Below the pieces are notes generated by a model, which was not told where the DNA came from, ran no database searches, and saw only the letters and a list, made by a program, of their open reading frames with translations. DNA of 64,000 bases from Syntrophales bacterium. GTDB taxonomy: Bacteria; Desulfobacterota; Syntrophia; Syntrophales; UBA2210. The DNA is taken from contig CAXXKT010000001.1 of assembly GCA_963662405.2 (NCBI GenBank), positions 2,112,001 to 2,176,000 on the forward strand. Direction: 5' to 3'. This document shows, in pieces, positions 60,852-64,000 of this stretch. Every line of letters starts with the position of its first letter. The first letter of the stretch is position 1. The translations under genes and the position numbers were made by a program.

Positions 60852-61577
60852 CTATGCGTCCTCGTCTTCCCGTGCCTTTCTCAGGTTCTGCCAGAAGGGC
60901 TTCGCGAGGAAACTCTCCTCCCCCAGGCTGCAGAGTTGTTCGTACATCGGCCGGGTGGTCGTAAAGGCGAGCAGATTCGGGTCCAGATATCGGCGCATCG
61001 CGATATCCGTCGCGCCGATGGCCGCCTGCGGGATGTTCAGGTCATCGAAGGAAACGATCAACTGCGAGCACCCCGAGCCGAAGGGGGCGATGACCGGAGG
61101 GGGATCACCGGGGAGGCTGAAGTACTGGGCCCCGATCATGAGCAGGGCAAGCTGGTCGGGGGTGACGAAGAAGGTTACACTCTTCAGATGCGCGTACTGA
61201 TCCTCGCGGAGGTGACCGATGAGGAGATGGGGGTGTTCCTGTCGGTATCCCTGATGGTGGTCCAGCCACCCGTTCATCAGCGTGTGCGATGCCTTCAGCC
61301 CTTCGTCATCCACGAGAAACGCGACGAGTTCCTGGCGGGATCGTGTCTCCACGCCGCACAACCAGTAACCGGCGCCGGGGCAGCCGAAGGTTTCCTGCGT
61401 CAGGTGGAGTGTCTTACCGCGGAGCCACTGGCGGTAGAAGGCGAAGGTGCACACGCGTGTGCCCGGTTTCGGTTCCACCAGCGGTTCGAAGGGGCGCGTA
61501 TCGGGGGCGTCGTAGAAGCCGATCGGGGGTATCTCCAGTCCCATCGTTTTTATCAGGTATGTCTCGTCAGGTTGCAT
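60852..61577 (-). CDS. DUF169 family protein
   Basis: FGCPGA, TPDQL, VIAPFGSGC, IGATD, SFLAKPFW. Confidence 0.82.
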   Translation of the reverse strand: MQPDETYLIKTMGLEIPPIGFYDAPDTRPFEPLVEPKPGTRVCTFAFYRQWLRGKTLHLTQETFGCPGAGYWLCGVETRSRQELVAFLVDDEGLKASHTLMNGWLDHHQGYRQEHPHLLIGHLREDQYAHLKSVTFFVTPDQLALLMIGAQYFSLPGDPPPVIAPFGSGCSQLIVSFDDLNIPQAAIGATDIAMRRYLDPNLLAFTTTRPMYEQLCSLGEESFLAKPFWQNLRKAREDEDA

Positions 61578-61613
61578 GTCTCCTATGCCCCTCTCTCATG
61601 GACTGATCAGAAA

Positions 61614-62873
61614 TCAATCATTGCCTTCACCGGCGGGGAGTTCAAGGAGTGTGACCGGCTGGACGGCGTTCCCCGCGATTCCTCTGATCGAGCTGTACAT
61701 GTGGGTGGTGTTGAGGAGGACCTTCTCAATCTGCTTCTCCCGCTTCTTCCAGATCCCCTGCATGGCCCGCTTTTCTGACTCCAGGTCCGCATGCATCTGC
61801 GTGAATCCCTCCACGATCGCCTCCACCTGGAGGCGGAATTCGTTCCCCGTCAGGTAGTCGTAGATCATCCCCATCTTGTCGCCCTTGTTTTCCTGGGTTG
61901 CCACGGCAGTGCTGAGCCTGATGACCGATTCCCGCAGGACGACGCACAGTCCCTTGAATTCCTCGAAGGAGCAAACCCATATGCCGTCCCGGGGTCCCAT
62001 TCGGTCCATATCGGTCGGCATCGACTCGGTGACCAGGACGCCGATATCGGCTCCTCTCTCGCGGATGTCGGTCTTGAACTTCTCGATCCAGCCGTCCTGG
62101 AACCCCTTGGTCCGCTTGCTCTCATAATAGATCGTCCCGCAGTTCTGACGCGTTCGCGTATTGACGATCTGGACGCAGTCGGCCCCCCGCGCTCCCTTCT
62201 TGATCTCTTCGATGGTATCGAGGGGGAAGGCGGCGGTCAGGTATTCCTCGATCGCCAGTTCCTGCACCTCCCCCTGGAGCTGCATGGATCCCTGCTCGGC
62301 CTTTCGCTGGGCCTCTTTCAACTGCTGATTGAGCTGGTCGATCACTTTTTCCCGTTCGGACAGTTTCATCCGGGACTTCTCCTCTTCGCTCTTCCGGATC
62401 TTCTCCCGCTCCGCGCCGAGGGTTTCACTCAATTTTTTCTCCGACTCGGCCTCAATCGACTCCTTCAGTTCATTTTTTTCCCGTTTGAGACGCTCGATCT
62501 CCGATTTAGCCCGATGAAACTCCTTGAGTTGTTCCGATTTTCGGTTCAGTTCCTCCTGGAGTGCCTTGAGATTTGCCGCCTGCTCTTCCTCCATCCGGGC
62601 ACGGACCTCGGTCCGGAGACGCGTTTTCTCTTCTTCCAGACGGGATCGAATCGTCTCGGCGACGGTCTCCTCCTGCCGTCGCTTATCCTCCTCGAACCGT
62701 TCCCGCTCTTTGCCGAGGGTGTTCAGCTTGTCCTGATAGCGATTCCTCTCGACCGCCAGTTCATCCCGATACTTTCTCTTCAGCTCTTCCTCGACCTGGT
62801 GATACAGGATATCCTGTACGTCGATCACCTGCCCGCAGTTGGGGCATGTGATCGTATTCGGCTGCTGGTCCAT
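61614..62873 (-). CDS. DUF2130 coiled-coil protein
   Basis: CPNC, long coiled coil, GSMQLQGEVQE, GADC, YESKRTK. Confidence 0.88.
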   Translation of the reverse strand: MDQQPNTITCPNCGQVIDVQDILYHQVEEELKRKYRDELAVERNRYQDKLNTLGKERERFEEDKRRQEETVAETIRSRLEEEKTRLRTEVRARMEEEQAANLKALQEELNRKSEQLKEFHRAKSEIERLKREKNELKESIEAESEKKLSETLGAEREKIRKSEEEKSRMKLSEREKVIDQLNQQLKEAQRKAEQGSMQLQGEVQELAIEEYLTAAFPLDTIEEIKKGARGADCVQIVNTRTRQNCGTIYYESKRTKGFQDGWIEKFKTDIRERGADIGVLVTESMPTDMDRMGPRDGIWVCSFEEFKGLCVVLRESVIRLSTAVATQENKGDKMGMIYDYLTGNEFRLQVEAIVEGFTQMHADLESEKRAMQGIWKKREKQIEKVLLNTTHMYSSIRGIAGNAVQPVTLLELPAGEGND

Positions 62874-63086
62874 TGTTTTTCCCCGATTCTGTGTCTCTGT
62901 AGTTGCTCCGCGCACGGGGCACCCCGGTGCCATCCGTACCGAGAGAATACGAAAAATTCTCTGAATTATCAATGCTGATTATTCCGCTCCATGATCGGAC
63001 GGGAATAGAAAACTTGCAAAATTGGTGGAAAGGGAATACCAATCTCTGATAAAAGTGGATGTTTGATCACATGGGGTGCTTCGAGA

Positions 63087-64000
63087 ATGGCGGATAATGA
63101 AACGACTGATCTGGCCCTTTTTGTCAGGACGTCGGGGGAAGATATCATCGGCTGGGATCGGCGGAAGATCGTCGATGCACTGATCCGTGAGGCGGGCGTG
63201 GATCTTGCCACCGCGGAGGAGATCAGCCGGGAGGTGGCCGAGCGGATTGCCTCGTCGGGGATCGATATCCTGACCTCCGCGCTAATCCGGGAGCTGGTGG
63301 ACGCGCGGTTGATCGAGCGGGGGATGAAAAAGGCAACGAAACTGCACGCCCGTCTGGGGTTTCCCCTCTATGACGTGGGGCAGATGATCCTGTACCGGAA
63401 CAAGGAAAACGCCAATATCCCCCACAGCCCGGAGGGGACGAACCTGACACTGGCCCAGGGGATCAAGAAGGAGTTTGCCATCCTCAATGTCTTTTCCGAG
63501 GATGTCGGATACGCCCACATGGGGGGAGATATCCATATCCACAACCTGGGGTATGTGGACCGGCCTTACTGCTCCTGCCAGTCCCTCGAGTACATCAAAA
63601 AATTCGGATTAAATCTCCCCAATGCCCTCGCCGTCGCTGTGCCGGCGCGGCACGCGGAGGTTCTCCTGTCGCACATGGTGCGGTTTGCCGCAGCCCTCCA
63701 GGGGACCGTTGCCGGGGCTATCGGATGGGACGCCGTCAATCTCTTCTTTGCCCCCTATCTGGAGTTGCTGTCGGACCGGGAACTCAAGCAACTCGCCCAG
63801 CGGCTGATCTATGAATTCGCCCAACAGGCCGTTGGAAGGGGAGGACAGACAATCTTCACCGATATACACCTCTACTGGGATGTCCCCCGTCATTTTCGGG
63901 ATGTCCCCGCCGTGGGGCCGGGAGGAGTGTATACGGGGAAGACATATGAAGCGTATGAAAAGGATGCGCAACGCTTTGCCCGTGCCCTCTTCGAGGCATA
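63087..64000 (+). CDS. nrdD: Anaerobic ribonucleoside-triphosphate reductase, 5' part (runs off window)
   Basis: Manual translation: MADNETTD, ATP cone (WDRRKIVDALIREAG), NKENANIPHSPE, GDIHIHNLG, RPYC, GRGGQTIFTD. Confidence 0.93.
   Translation, partial: MADNETTDLALFVRTSGEDIIGWDRRKIVDALIREAGVDLATAEEISREVAERIASSGIDILTSALIRELVDARLIERGMKKATKLHARLGFPLYDVGQMILYRNKENANIPHSPEGTNLTLAQGIKKEFAILNVFSEDVGYAHMGGDIHIHNLGYVDRPYCSCQSLEYIKKFGLNLPNALAVAVPARHAEVLLSHMVRFAAALQGTVAGAIGWDAVNLFFAPYLELLSDRELKQLAQRLIYEFAQQAVGRGGQTIFTDIHLYWDVPRHFRDVPAVGPGGVYTGKTYEAYEKDAQRFARALFEA

Noticed and set aside
63000..63086. NrdR boxes upstream of nrdD
   Set aside because: Only weak partial matches; not supportable.
1..64000. 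CRISPR arrays, tRNA, rRNA, tmRNA, RNase P, prophage or defence islands
   Set aside because: No regularly spaced repeats or diagnostic motifs seen by eye; short or divergent elements could have been missed.

Overview
Mostly GC-rich chromosomal window from an anaerobic bacterium. The gene content suggests Desulfobacterota/Syntrophia, but this is inference. Left to right: (1) a corrinoid/folate methyl-transfer operon on the minus strand (MarR, MetH-reactivation domain, metF, two non-pyrrolysine MttB-family methyltransferases, pterin-binding methyltransferase), with one mttB split by an intact IS110/IS1111-family element; (2) a complete aroF-aroB-pheA-aroD-aroE-aroA-aroK-aroC operon behind a Tyr/Trp/Phe leader-peptide attenuator; (3) an IS200 relic, a CoA-transferase, and a GlpA-like flavoprotein trio with two GlcG/HbpS proteins; (4) a PAS hybrid kinase and receiver; (5) an orphan c-di-GMP-I riboswitch beside a ~350-nt structured non-coding region; (6) sigma28-type chemoreceptor/cheW operons; (7) fusion enzymes (GNAT-deacetylase, rubrerythrin-thioesterase); (8) an IPTL-CTERM-type surface protein gene with in-frame TAG and TGA; (9) ugp ABC transporter genes, lipid and housekeeping genes, and the 5' part of nrdD. 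The most striking signal is the IS110-family element. Its upstream non-coding region has two near-identical guide loops matching the donor junction and the target. The target loop appears to spell a Shine-Dalgarno sequence plus ATG, suggesting an RNA-guided recombinase aimed at translation-initiation sites. All structure calls were made by eye.
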